Shown one piece after another: positions 10,227 to 20,171 of a stretch of 64,000 nucleotides of DNA. The notes beneath the pieces were generated by a model that was not told the origin of the DNA, searched no databases, and saw only the letters and a program-made list of their open reading frames with translations. The DNA comes from a virus. The stretch is taken from positions 101,115-165,114 of IMG/VR virus record IMGVR_UViG_3300032316_000329; one strand, written 5' to 3'. Within the stretch, counting starts at the first letter, position 1. Each line of letters opens with the position of its first letter. A program made the translations under genes and the position numbers.

Positions 10227-11017
10227 TGTTTCAATTACTAGAACACATTCTCAATAAAGATTATCTTTCTGCCAATGAACTTTTTGAATCTTCATTAGAT
10301 ACAATCGTTGAGAAAAAACTATATGAAATAAAACGCATGATCCAATCTGAGGCTGCCGGTGGTATGTCTAGAGCAGATTTTGAACGCCGTAAAAAAGCAG
10401 GATTTATGAAAGCTTCTGATTATTTTGAGGCATTAAAGGCAGCAAAAGAAATTGAAAGAAAAGCAAAAAGTGATATCACACCTGGTATAACCAAAAAGAA
10501 AAAAATATCGGAAGCAAATACAGGTATAGGTTCTGGTTCACAAGAAGAATTAGAAAAAAAAGCAAAAAAGTCCGCTGTTGCACTTGGTCAAGCAATTAAA
10601 AGTGCTTCAAAAGCACAGGCTGAAAGAGTTAGTCGTGAACAGGCAAAAAGAGCCGCTATGAAGAAAAGTGCCACTAAATCACAAGCAGCACCTGTTCCTC
10701 CTTCAGTACCTCAAAAACCTACTTCCGGTACGGTTCCTACAATAGAACCAGAGGTTAGAGTAAAGAAACTTGCTCCTAAATCCGCTGCTAAAACACCAGA
10801 AGATAGACAAAAGCAAGTTGCTAAAATAGCAGATATAGCCAAGCGTCTTAAAGCAAGAGGTCATAGCGATCCTTATGGAAAATTAAAAAAAGTATCTCCA
10901 TTAGGTTATCAAACACATAAAGTCAAAACTGCTATGACAAATATTGGAGACTTTAAAAGAAAAGCAGATTCCAAAGCAGGTCAAATTGCCGGACATTTTG
11001 GATCATCAGCAATTTAA
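10226..11017 (+). CDS. Prohead core-like, Lys/Ala-rich protein (gp67/gp68 position)
   Basis: N-terminal helix resembles the C-terminal module of 6914..8410; basic low-complexity body; just before gp21. Confidence 0.55.
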   Translation: MFQLLEHILNKDYLSANELFESSLDTIVEKKLYEIKRMIQSEAAGGMSRADFERRKKAGFMKASDYFEALKAAKEIERKAKSDITPGITKKKKISEANTGIGSGSQEELEKKAKKSAVALGQAIKSASKAQAERVSREQAKRAAMKKSATKSQAAPVPPSVPQKPTSGTVPTIEPEVRVKKLAPKSAAKTPEDRQKQVAKIADIAKRLKARGHSDPYGKLKKVSPLGYQTHKVKTAMTNIGDFKRKADSKAGQIAGHFGSSAI

Positions 11018-11048
11018 AATAACTAAATATACCTAATAGGTTAAAGAA

Positions 11049-11696
11049 ATGAAATTAATTACAGAAGAAATTCAAGATATTCAATACCTCGTAGAGTCCG
11101 ATGGTAAAGGTGGTAAAAACCACTTTATCACTGGTATCTTTATGCAGGCAGAGAAGCAGAACCGTAACGGTCGTGTATATCCTATGTCTGTTCTTTCAAA
11201 AGAGGCAGAAAGATATAACCGAGACTATGTTACGAAAGGCAGAGCATTTGGTGAACTAGGTCATCCAGAGAATCCTCAAATCAACCTAGACCGTGTGTCC
11301 CACATGATTACATCATTGAAACCTGAAGGGACAAACTTTATTGGTAAAGCAAAGATTTTAGATACTCCTAACGGTAAGATTGTTAAGAGTTTATTAGATG
11401 GAGGTGCAAGTCTTGGTGTATCAACGAGAGGCGTAGGGTCTCTAAAAGCATACAATGGATACCAGCAGGTACAAGACGATTATAAGTTAGCAACAGCAGC
11501 AGATGTTGTGGCCGACCCATCAGCACCAGACGCCTTCGTTCAGGGGATTATGGAAGGTAAAGAGTGGATCTTTGAGAATGGTAAGTGGAAAGAGCGTGAT
11601 TTTTATCGTGCCAAGAAACTTATCACCGAAGCGTCTAAAAACGAAATTGAAGATGTAGCACTGAAAATTTTCAGTAACTATATTTCAAAACTTTGA
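11049..11696 (+). CDS. gp21: Prohead protease
   Basis: MKLITE, NRNGRVYP, GELGHP, GVSTRGVGS, DVVADPSAPDAFV. Confidence 0.97.
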   Translation: MKLITEEIQDIQYLVESDGKGGKNHFITGIFMQAEKQNRNGRVYPMSVLSKEAERYNRDYVTKGRAFGELGHPENPQINLDRVSHMITSLKPEGTNFIGKAKILDTPNGKIVKSLLDGGASLGVSTRGVGSLKAYNGYQQVQDDYKLATAADVVADPSAPDAFVQGIMEGKEWIFENGKWKERDFYRAKKLITEASKNEIEDVALKIFSNYISKL

Positions 11697-11739
11697 AAAT
11701 ACTAAATAACAATTAGGATAATAAAGGAGTATCTATCCA

Positions 11740-13152
11740 ATGGCATCACTAACTGAAACTGCAAAGGCAGTTCTAGAAGGTAAAACGCTGGTAGAGGGTA
11801 TCCCAACCGTTGGTTCAACCAGTGGCGGAGTTTCTAACCCAAACCCAGTAGACCCTTCAACCGCCTCTACAGGCAATGCTAAAACACTACGCCCTGGTTC
11901 AAAGGCCAAGGATGAGCGTCACTCACAGAGCGCCGGTTCTGCCGACGTTTCATCATTCTCTGGTGTTGACGACCTCGATGGTGCTACACCAACAGAAACA
12001 CCTGACGAGAATCTTGGCGCCAATGCTGCTAAGAAAGTCGGCAAGGACACCTCTCGTTCATCTAAATCATCCGTTGCTGCTGATCCAACAAAGAAGCTAA
12101 ATGCTATGGCAGAAGAAATGGAAGATGAAGGTGAAGTTGTTGAAGAAGGTATGACAGTTGCCGAGCGTTTAAAGGCCCTCAAAGAAGCCAAGAAAGAAAA
12201 GGCTGAAAAAGAGGAAGACCACGAAGAAGAAGATGATAAGCACGAAGGCAAGATGGAAAAGTGCGACGAAGAGGTTGAACTCTCCGAAGAACTAGAAGAT
12301 TTCATCGCCGAGGCTATTGAAGCCGGTCTTTCAGAAGAAGAAATTCTTGCTGCTATTGACGAAAACTTTGAGTTTATCTCAGAAGAAGATGAATCAGAGA
12401 TTTCAGAAGCCTTAGAGACCTACGAGGTCGATATGGCCGAACACGTTAATGCACTACTAGAAGGTGAAAACCTTTCAGAAGAGTTCCATGCTAAGGCTAC
12501 AACAATCTTCGAAGCAGCCGTTAAGGCAAAGTTAGAAGAAGAAGTTGCCCTACTAGAGCAGGCTTATGCCGAGACTCTTGAGGAACGTGTTGCTCAGATT
12601 GAAGAGGAACTATCTTCACAGGTTGACGAATATCTAAACTACGTTGTTGAACAGTGGATTGAAGAAAACGAAGTTGCTGTTGAGTCCGCTCTCCGTAGCG
12701 AACTTACAGAGGACTTTATCTCTGGTCTCCGTTCACTATTTGCAGAACACTACATTGACGTTCCTGAAGAGGAAGTTCAGGTAGTTGAGGAACTATCACA
12801 GACAGTTGAAGAACTTGAAGCAAAGCTAAACGAAGAAATTCAGCGTAATGTTGAACTAACCGGTATGCTTGCCGAGTCACGTAAGGTTGAATTGACCGCT
12901 GTTGTTTGTGAAGGCCTAACCAGCACCCAAGCTGCCAAACTACAGGCACTTGCTGAAGGTGTTGACTATACATCTGATGAACAATTTATAGAAAAAGTTT
13001 CTACACTTAAGGAAAATTATTTCCCAGTGTCGGCTAAGAACGATGCTGTCCTAGACAAAGTTGAGTCAAATGACCCACAGTCTCTTAATGAGAACCTAGA
13101 AGGTCCGATGTCTCGCTACGTTCAGGCTCTTGGCAGAAGTCTTCCAAATTAA
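11740..13152 (+). CDS. gp22: Prohead core scaffold protein
   Basis: Very acidic coiled coil; LSEEFHAKATTIFEAAV, VDEYLNYVVEQW, LKENYF. Confidence 0.92.
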   Translation: MASLTETAKAVLEGKTLVEGIPTVGSTSGGVSNPNPVDPSTASTGNAKTLRPGSKAKDERHSQSAGSADVSSFSGVDDLDGATPTETPDENLGANAAKKVGKDTSRSSKSSVAADPTKKLNAMAEEMEDEGEVVEEGMTVAERLKALKEAKKEKAEKEEDHEEEDDKHEGKMEKCDEEVELSEELEDFIAEAIEAGLSEEEILAAIDENFEFISEEDESEISEALETYEVDMAEHVNALLEGENLSEEFHAKATTIFEAAVKAKLEEEVALLEQAYAETLEERVAQIEEELSSQVDEYLNYVVEQWIEENEVAVESALRSELTEDFISGLRSLFAEHYIDVPEEEVQVVEELSQTVEELEAKLNEEIQRNVELTGMLAESRKVELTAVVCEGLTSTQAAKLQALAEGVDYTSDEQFIEKVSTLKENYFPVSAKNDAVLDKVESNDPQSLNENLEGPMSRYVQALGRSLPN

Positions 13153-13188
13153 TTTAACTTAAAAAACATAGAAAGAAGGGTAAAACAA

Positions 13189-14529
13189 ATGTATCTTACA
13201 GAAAACCTAGAGAAGAAGTGGTCACCAGTTCTTGACCACAACGGTCTCGACACCATTAAGGATTCATATCGCCGTGCTGTTACAGCGGTTATCCTTGAGA
13301 ACCAAGAAAAGGCAATGGCTGAAGAGTCACGTGCCCTTAACGAAGCCGCTCCAACTAACGCTGGTGGCGGTCTCGGTGCAGGCACCAATGTTGCTTCATA
13401 CGACCCAATTCTTATCTCACTCGTTCGTCGTGCGCTTCCTAACCTAATCGCATACGACATCTGCGGCGTTCAGCCAATGACCGGTCCAACCGGCCTTATC
13501 TTCGCAATGCGTTCTAAGTATAAGACAATGGATGGCGGCGAAGCACTATTTCTCGAAGCAAACACAGCATTTTCTTCACAGAACTCTGCTGGTGGTCTTG
13601 CTGGTGCTGTTTCTGGCGTTTCTGGTAACACCAACCCAGTTCTAGACCTTGGCGACTCCGCTACATTCGGTGTTGGTAAGGGCATGACTACTGCTCAGTC
13701 AGAAGCTCTCGGCGATGCTGCTGGTAACATGTTTGCTGAAATGGCATTCTCAATCGAGAAGGTTACTGTAACCGCTCGTTCACGTGCCCTAAAAGCAGAA
13801 TACACCACAGAACTTGCTCAGGATCTTAAGGCAATTCACGGCCTAGATGCTGAAACAGAACTTGCTAACATCCTTTCAACAGAGATTCTTGCTGAAATTA
13901 ACCGTGAGGTTATCCGCAGCATTTATCGTTCTGCTACAACAGGTGCTCAGTATGGTGTAACAACCGCTGGTACATTCGATCTTGACACAGACTCAAACGG
14001 CCGTTGGTCAGTTGAGAAGTTCAAGGGTCTTATTTTCCACATTGAGCGTGAAGCAAACGCAATCGCAAAAGCAACCCGTAGAGGCAAAGGCAATGTCCTT
14101 ATCGTTTCTTCAGACGTTGCTTCAGCAATGGCTATGGCTGGTGTTCTCGACTACACCCCTGCTCTACAGGCTAACCTAACCGTTGACGATACAGGCAACA
14201 CATTTGTTGGCGTTCTTCACGGCCGTATTAAGGTCTATATCGACCCTTACTTCGGTGGTTCAGCAAACGGCGACGAACTCGTAACCGTTGGTTACCGTGG
14301 TTCTTCACCATTTGACGCTGGTCTATTCTACTGCCCATACGTTCCACTACAGATGGTTCGTGCTATCGGCCAGGATACATTCCAGCCAAAGATTGGATTT
14401 AAAACCCGCTACGGCATGGTTGCAAATCCATTCGCAACTTCAAATGCTGATGGTGTTGTTGGTGACCGCAATACTGCTGGTCAGGCAAACATCTACTATC
14501 GTATTTTCCGTGTGCGTAACCTCACATAA
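13189..14529 (+). CDS. gp23: Major capsid protein
   Basis: LEKKWSPVL, GVQPMTGPTGLIFAMR, SRALKAEYT, YCPYVPLQ, FQPKIGFKTRYG. Confidence 0.99.
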   Translation: MYLTENLEKKWSPVLDHNGLDTIKDSYRRAVTAVILENQEKAMAEESRALNEAAPTNAGGGLGAGTNVASYDPILISLVRRALPNLIAYDICGVQPMTGPTGLIFAMRSKYKTMDGGEALFLEANTAFSSQNSAGGLAGAVSGVSGNTNPVLDLGDSATFGVGKGMTTAQSEALGDAAGNMFAEMAFSIEKVTVTARSRALKAEYTTELAQDLKAIHGLDAETELANILSTEILAEINREVIRSIYRSATTGAQYGVTTAGTFDLDTDSNGRWSVEKFKGLIFHIEREANAIAKATRRGKGNVLIVSSDVASAMAMAGVLDYTPALQANLTVDDTGNTFVGVLHGRIKVYIDPYFGGSANGDELVTVGYRGSSPFDAGLFYCPYVPLQMVRAIGQDTFQPKIGFKTRYGMVANPFATSNADGVVGDRNTAGQANIYYRIFRVRNLT

Positions 14530-14571
14530 AATCAATAACTTATACACACTTATAAGTGTATAAGCAAGACT

Positions 14572-14598
14572 GGCGGGGATTTATTCCCCGCCTTTTTT
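14572..14598 (+). terminator. Rho-independent terminator after gp23
   Basis: GGCGGGGA-TTTAT-TCCCCGCC followed by TTTTTT. Confidence 0.9.
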
Positions 14599-14644
14599 GT
14601 GTCTTTTGGCAAGACCTAAATACCTTGTAAAGAGGTAACCGCAA

Positions 14645-15172
14645 ATGACCACTGAAAGCCTTACATCTAATACACCTGAAAACACATCAATATTACAAAG
14701 CACAAAATTTACGTTTATCATTCCTGATAAACCATTCTTAAAGTATTTCTGCCAAACAGTTCAGTTACCTTCTGTAACCACCTCCGAAGTCATGGTACCT
14801 ACACCATTTTCCAATACATATCGACATGGTGACAAAATGTCATTTGAACCATTAACGGTTACAGCACTTATGGACGAAAATCTTCGTGTATGGGAAGAAA
14901 CATATAAATGGATGGAATCTCTCACACGTCCATCTTCTTATGATCAGTATGCCAAGAAAACATTAAGAGACGTTCAGACACCTCTATATTTTGATGGTTA
15001 CCTAACTATTAATACAAATGCGAATAATCCTAATATTCGTGTTAAATTCCACAACTGTCATCCTACCTCAATCGGTATGATTAACTTTGATACCAAGGTT
15101 GATGCCGATGTTATTCCTACCGCAGACTTTACCTTCCGTTACGATATCTTTGAGATAGAACGCTTGACATAA
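14645..15172 (+). CDS. gp3: Tail completion/sheath stabiliser (gp3-like)
   Basis: LQSTKFTF, YFCQTVQLPSV, MDENLRVWEE, FHNCHPTSIG; usual position after gp23. Confidence 0.8.
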   Translation: MTTESLTSNTPENTSILQSTKFTFIIPDKPFLKYFCQTVQLPSVTTSEVMVPTPFSNTYRHGDKMSFEPLTVTALMDENLRVWEETYKWMESLTRPSSYDQYAKKTLRDVQTPLYFDGYLTINTNANNPNIRVKFHNCHPTSIGMINFDTKVDADVIPTADFTFRYDIFEIERLT

Positions 15173-15232
15173 TGATCTGTTTATGATACATTAAGATGGT
15201 TTATGATTCATTTATGATACAAAAGGAACACT

Positions 15233-15694
15233 ATGTTTTTGCGACCACCTGTAACCCTTGACCAGTTGAATGACGAATGGGAAAAAGATTGTAATATTGA
15301 CCATACCGATATTGATTTGGAGTTGTTAAAGATTTCTTCTTTACATTCCAAGTATTGTCGTATCCGTTCCCATCATAAACAAGTATCCTTTTCCCTAGAT
15401 GAAAAGTATAGAAACATGAAAGAACTCCGTAGGGAGTGGATTGAAGGTAAATCGGAACAGGAAACTTTGGAAAAGTATGGATGGCACCAGTATCAAGGTC
15501 AACCAGTCACCATGCGAACGGCTCAGGAATCTAAACTGGAGCACGATCCAGAACTCACCAAAATACTATTGAAGAAGAAACTACAGGACCTCATTGTAGA
15601 GCAATGTGACCTAAACATTAGAGAACTTAATAATAGAAACTTTGCCTTAAGAGGCGTCATTGATGTGAGAAGGTTCCTAAAGGGTAATGATTAG
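15233..15694 (+). CDS. uvsY: Recombination mediator UvsY
   Basis: WEKDCNID..LHSKY...INNRNF-like motif, upstream of uvsW. Sigma70-like promoter TTGACA at 15164. Confidence 0.8.
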   Translation: MFLRPPVTLDQLNDEWEKDCNIDHTDIDLELLKISSLHSKYCRIRSHHKQVSFSLDEKYRNMKELRREWIEGKSEQETLEKYGWHQYQGQPVTMRTAQESKLEHDPELTKILLKKKLQDLIVEQCDLNIRELNNRNFALRGVIDVRRFLKGND

Positions 15695-17153
15695 AATTAG
15701 CAATAAAGATGAATCCTATATTAGGGTTGATTGTGAAGAAAGCATAGCATGGGAACTCCGTGATGCCTTCTCCTTCCGCCCACCTGGATTTCAGTTTGTT
15801 CCGGCCTATAAGCAAAAACTTTGGGATGGATATTTGCGCCTCTACGACACCAACAAAAGACAAATCTACCGTGGTCTAGCACCACAAGTTATGGAATGGG
15901 CAACTAAAAGAGGTTATACTTATGAATATGAAGATGAATCCTATGACACCGATTTTTCATTGGAAGAAGCCAATCAGTTCGTTGAGGTACTTAATCCAAA
16001 ATACCCACCCCGTGACTACCAACTTAATTCCTTCGTTCATGCGATACGTTCTCAACGGCGTATTGTATTGTCACCAACTGGGTCTGGTAAATCTCTATTA
16101 CTATATCTCATTAGCATGTATCTACTCCGGCAGGGAAAGAGAGGACTACTAATCGTTCCTCGTTCGGCCTTGGTTGAACAAATGTTCTCCGACTTTCAAG
16201 ACTATTCTTGTAACAATGGTAAAGATATGTTCAAGTATTGTTGGAAAGTATATTCAGGTAGAGATAAAGACTCCGAGCATCCAATCATTATCTCCACTTG
16301 GCAGTCATTACAGAGAATGCCTAAGGAGTATTTTGTAAAGTTTGATTATGTAATCTGTGATGAGGTTCATCTGGCACAAGCAAAAGCCCTATCTGATATT
16401 GTGACTAAGTGTACCAATGCCCAGTATAGACTTGGTGTTACCGGTACCTTATCTGGTGCCAAGGCACATGAATGGGTGCTAGTTGGTTTGTTTGGACAAA
16501 TCTATAAGGCCACTACCTCAAAAGAACTAATGGATAAGAAGCAACTTGCGGAACTCACCATTAAATGTCTGCTATTGAAATATAGTGAAGAAGAATGTGA
16601 GTATATGAAACATGCTACTTACCAGCAGGAGATTGAGTATATCATTTCCAATAAGGCAAGAAATAAGTTCATATGTAATCTTACCCTCTCTTTAGATGGC
16701 AATAGTCTACTGCTATTCAACTATGTTGATAAGCATGGCACCGTCTTATACGACATGCTAAATAAGAAGGTTAAAGAAGGTCGAAAAGTATTCTTTATAC
16801 ATGGAGGAACAGATGTTGAGGATCGTGAACAGATTAGAAAGATTATGGAACAAGAAACCAATGCTATCATTGTTGGTTCTATCGGCGTTCTCAGTACCGG
16901 CACTAACATCGTGCGACTCAATAACATCATATTTGCATCCCCAAGTAAGTCCAAAATTAGGAATCTACAGTCAATCGGTAGGGGCCTCCGTGTTAATGAC
17001 ACCAAACAATCCGCCACTCTCTTTGACATTGCCGACGACTTTAGCTGGAAAAAGAAAGAAAACTTTACTCTTAAACACTTCTTCGAACGCCTCAAAACCT
17101 ACACAGAAGAACAGTTCAAGTTTAAACTCTACAAAATCCAAATCAAAGACTAA
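15687..17153 (+). CDS. uvsW: UvsW SF2 helicase
   Basis: WDGYLRLY, PRDYQ, SPTGSGKS, DEVH, LQSIGRGLR. Confidence 0.95.
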   Translation: MIRISNKDESYIRVDCEESIAWELRDAFSFRPPGFQFVPAYKQKLWDGYLRLYDTNKRQIYRGLAPQVMEWATKRGYTYEYEDESYDTDFSLEEANQFVEVLNPKYPPRDYQLNSFVHAIRSQRRIVLSPTGSGKSLLLYLISMYLLRQGKRGLLIVPRSALVEQMFSDFQDYSCNNGKDMFKYCWKVYSGRDKDSEHPIIISTWQSLQRMPKEYFVKFDYVICDEVHLAQAKALSDIVTKCTNAQYRLGVTGTLSGAKAHEWVLVGLFGQIYKATTSKELMDKKQLAELTIKCLLLKYSEEECEYMKHATYQQEIEYIISNKARNKFICNLTLSLDGNSLLLFNYVDKHGTVLYDMLNKKVKEGRKVFFIHGGTDVEDREQIRKIMEQETNAIIVGSIGVLSTGTNIVRLNNIIFASPSKSKIRNLQSIGRGLRVNDTKQSATLFDIADDFSWKKKENFTLKHFFERLKTYTEEQFKFKLYKIQIKD

Positions 17154-17162
17154 GAGAAGATA

Positions 17163-17594
17163 ATGAATGATGTAAGTGAAGAACCATCTGTCAAATTTAT
17201 CCGATTAAACAACGGTGATGATATTATAGCAGAAGTGGTAGAGGTAGGTGATGATACACAGACCGATTATATGGTAATTAATCCATTAAAAGTAGTTTAT
17301 ATACCTTCCCAGAGAGGTTCATCGTATCTACAAGTGGCATTTATGCCTTGGGTTTTTACCAAAATCTGTGAAGAACAGGAGTTTCTAATTCATTCAGATG
17401 ATATCGTTACCATAGGTAATGTAAGTGAATATATGTTAGAATATTACTGGAAGAATATGGATTACTTTATTACTTCGGAAGATTCAACAGTGGTGAGTGA
17501 AGAAAAACCAGAACCAGAAGAAACAGAACCAGAAGAAACATCTTTAGAAGAACTATTAGAAGCAATCAAATCATCAAGAAGGACTTTTCACTAA
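17163..17594 (+). CDS. Conserved T4-like hypothetical protein (Sm-like fold possible)
   Basis: KFIRLNNGDDIIAEV...NPL...FMPW pattern, similar to 52787..53104. Confidence 0.6.
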   Translation: MNDVSEEPSVKFIRLNNGDDIIAEVVEVGDDTQTDYMVINPLKVVYIPSQRGSSYLQVAFMPWVFTKICEEQEFLIHSDDIVTIGNVSEYMLEYYWKNMDYFITSEDSTVVSEEKPEPEETEPEETSLEELLEAIKSSRRTFH

Positions 17595-17893
17595 TGGCAA
17601 CCATAGCAACTAACGAATACCTTACACTAGATGATGCTGAACTTGTAGATGATTTCGGATTTACCTTTGGTAATGAGGACGATATCGTTGCCGAGGCCAT
17701 CGCACCAGCATCCGACGAGATTACAGACCTTAAGAAAAGACTAGAGGCCGTTCGGAAGATTTATCTACCTCTCCTTGAAAACCTTAATAAGAATTCCGAC
17801 CAACCTATCATTAAGTGGCCAAATCGTGGTCCTATCCTTACAAAGCAGATTACAAAGTTAAAAATGCTCACCGAACCAGGTTTCGTTAAGTAG
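17594..17893 (+). CDS. Hypothetical protein
   Basis: Coupled ORF with DFGFTF and PLLENL..N...IKWPNR. Confidence 0.6.
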   Translation: MATIATNEYLTLDDAELVDDFGFTFGNEDDIVAEAIAPASDEITDLKKRLEAVRKIYLPLLENLNKNSDQPIIKWPNRGPILTKQITKLKMLTEPGFVK

Positions 17894-17965
17894 TTGCTTC
17901 GCAACTGTCTCGCTACGCTCGACGGGTTGCTTTTGGTTAATATTGGTGGTGGTTTTCTTTCCAAG

Positions 17966-18048
17966 ATTATACACACAAAACTGGAACCTTGTCAAGCCCC
18001 GGAATGAAAAAATCCGCCATTGACAATAACTTTTTTTTATTATATAAT
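17966..18048. promoter_or_regulatory. Divergent sigma70-type promoters
   Basis: Minus strand: TTGACA (17995-17990), 18 nt, TATAAT (17971-17966). Plus strand: TTGACA 18020, 17 nt, TATAAT 18043. Confidence 0.75.
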
Positions 18049-18075
18049 GTATCCAATAACTATAAGAGGATTGTT

Positions 18076-18624
18076 ATGGCAAAGAAACCCAACCACTATG
18101 TAGATAACCAAAAGTTTTTAGCAGAGATTATTGAGTATAAGGACAAATGTAAAAAGGCCGCAGACAACGGCCTAGAAAAACCTCGGGTCTCAGAGTATAT
18201 CGGATCTTGTATTCTATTGATTGCTGAAAGACTTAGTACCAAACCTAGGTTTATGAACTACTCATTCCGTGATGAGTTGGTTTCCGATGCCTTAGAGAAT
18301 TGCTTTCTATACTTTGATAATTTCAATCCAGAGATTAGTCAGAATCCTTTTGCCTACTTTACACAAATCATCTACTATGCCTTCCATAGACGAATCTCAA
18401 AAGAAGAAAAAAATCGTTATATTATTTACAAAAAATTTCAAGAATCCGTCCTACATACCTCAGATGCATCCTTGATGATTGATGCTGATGATAATCACTT
18501 GATTTCCTCCGCAATGTATGATAACCTAAATGACTTCATAGGAAAGTTTGAAAAGCGAGAAGCGGAAAAGAAAGAGAAACGCAAGCAGGTCAAACAAGGA
18601 TTAGAAAATTTTACCGAGGAGTGA
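18076..18624 (+). CDS. gp55: Late-transcription sigma factor
   Basis: HYVDNQKF, YIGSCILLIAERLS.KPRF.NY, NPFAYFTQIIYYAF.RRI.KEEK. Start ATG 18076 with RBS. Confidence 0.96.
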   Translation: MAKKPNHYVDNQKFLAEIIEYKDKCKKAADNGLEKPRVSEYIGSCILLIAERLSTKPRFMNYSFRDELVSDALENCFLYFDNFNPEISQNPFAYFTQIIYYAFHRRISKEEKNRYIIYKKFQESVLHTSDASLMIDADDNHLISSAMYDNLNDFIGKFEKREAEKKEKRKQVKQGLENFTEE

Positions 18625-18629
18625 AAACA

Positions 18630-18836
18630 ATGAAGGAAGAGTTTGACGTACCTTTTCAAGTTCAGATGGTGATTGACTCACTAAAGAACAAGAATGAACG
18701 ACCAACTATTCGTGGTAATTACCGTATGCGATTAGATGGTATTCGTAAGGCCATTGATAATGCGATTAATGAATATGATACAGAAATGGGAACGGCAAGT
18801 ACCTTTGGTCGCCGTAAGTCCAATGGATCTAGATGA
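18630..18836 (+). CDS. Hypothetical protein
   Basis: Short ORF after gp55; start uncertain (18621 or 18630). Confidence 0.55.
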   Translation: MKEEFDVPFQVQMVIDSLKNKNERPTIRGNYRMRLDGIRKAIDNAINEYDTEMGTASTFGRRKSNGSR

Positions 18837-19005
18837 TATCGTAAAAGAGGTTGACCAGCAGATTGAATGGTTCTGTGATAAGGTTATAGAGCCATATCCT
18901 ATACATCGCAAAGATAAAGAAAAAATCTTTGAACGGATGAAAACCTTAGGATGGATTCGGCAATCAGAGATTGATACCTATAATGAAATTACCAAAGAAG
19001 ATTGA
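18823..19005 (+). CDS. Hypothetical protein
   Basis: MDLDDIVKE... portion of ORF 18736..19005. Confidence 0.5.
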   Translation: MDLDDIVKEVDQQIEWFCDKVIEPYPIHRKDKEKIFERMKTLGWIRQSEIDTYNEITKED

Positions 19006-19068
19006 CGAGGTCATTTTTTTAGTATATACTGTATCTAAGAGTTTGTTACTTGAACTAAAGGATAGATT

Positions 19069-20145
19069 ATGGCGTTGATTGCTATGCCGACTGATACACA
19101 CGCCGGAGTAAGAAATGACAATCCAGCGTTTCAGTTGTATCAGAAGAAATGCTGGAAGTGGTTCTTTGATTACATTGATGAACATAACATTAAGCATGTT
19201 GTTCATCTTGGTGATATCTATGACCGCCGTAAGTATGTGAATTTTATGTCCGCCAAGAGACTGCGTGAGGATTTTCTTGAACCTCTGGAGGAACGAGGCG
19301 TTGAGACACATATTATACAAGGCAATCATGATTCATATTACAAGGATACACACGAGGTTAATGCCTTAGATGAACTTGTCGCAGGAAAGTATAGGTATAT
19401 TAGGACTCATTCTGTACCTAGCATTATCAATATTGATGGGTTGGATATCCAAATAATGCCTTGGATTACCGACAGTAATCGTGAAGAGGCATTTGAAGCA
19501 ATAACAAAACCAAGAGCGCCAATACTAATGGGCCATTTAGAATTGAATGGTTTCCAAATGCATAGAGGCACTATTTCAGACCACGGAATGGATAGAAATG
19601 TATTTGATAAATTTGATGCGGTATACTCGGGACATTACCATCATCGTTCTACTATTGGTAATGTTTCTTACATTGGTGCCTTTGCTGAATATACTTGGTC
19701 TGATTACGACGACCCTCGAGGATTTAGTATATTGGATACTGAATCACGACAAACCACCTTTTTAAGAAATCCTTATAGGATGTTCAGACTGGCCAAGTAT
19801 GATGATGTTGCAAATCCTAATATCATTGAGAAGATACAAAATACTGACTTTTCAAAATATGCTGACACTTATGTTAAACTGGTTGTTGTTAACAAAAGTA
19901 ATCCGTATGCTTTTGACTTGTTGTTTGATAGCATATACAAGGCAGGGCCTCTTGACATTACTATTATTGAGGACCCTACGGTTTTATTAGATAATGAAGA
20001 AGAAGCGGAAGTTAATGAAGCGGAAGATACCGCTACTATATTGAGAAAGTATATTGGCGGTCTTACTTTACCAATAGATAATGATAAAATGAAAGAGTTC
20101 ATGCTTGATGTTTATCAAGAGGCCCTTCAAGTGGAAACTGTCTAA
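19069..20145 (+). CDS. gp47: Recombination endonuclease subunit (Mre11/SbcD-like)
   Basis: [29 protein letters not shown] phosphoesterase motifs. Confidence 0.96.
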   Translation: MALIAMPTDTHAGVRNDNPAFQLYQKKCWKWFFDYIDEHNIKHVVHLGDIYDRRKYVNFMSAKRLREDFLEPLEERGVETHIIQGNHDSYYKDTHEVNALDELVAGKYRYIRTHSVPSIINIDGLDIQIMPWITDSNREEAFEAITKPRAPILMGHLELNGFQMHRGTISDHGMDRNVFDKFDAVYSGHYHHRSTIGNVSYIGAFAEYTWSDYDDPRGFSILDTESRQTTFLRNPYRMFRLAKYDDVANPNIIEKIQNTDFSKYADTYVKLVVVNKSNPYAFDLLFDSIYKAGPLDITIIEDPTVLLDNEEEAEVNEAEDTATILRKYIGGLTLPIDNDKMKEFMLDVYQEALQVETV

Positions 20146-20171
20146 ATAGTATAATATGTATAGGAAGGTTT

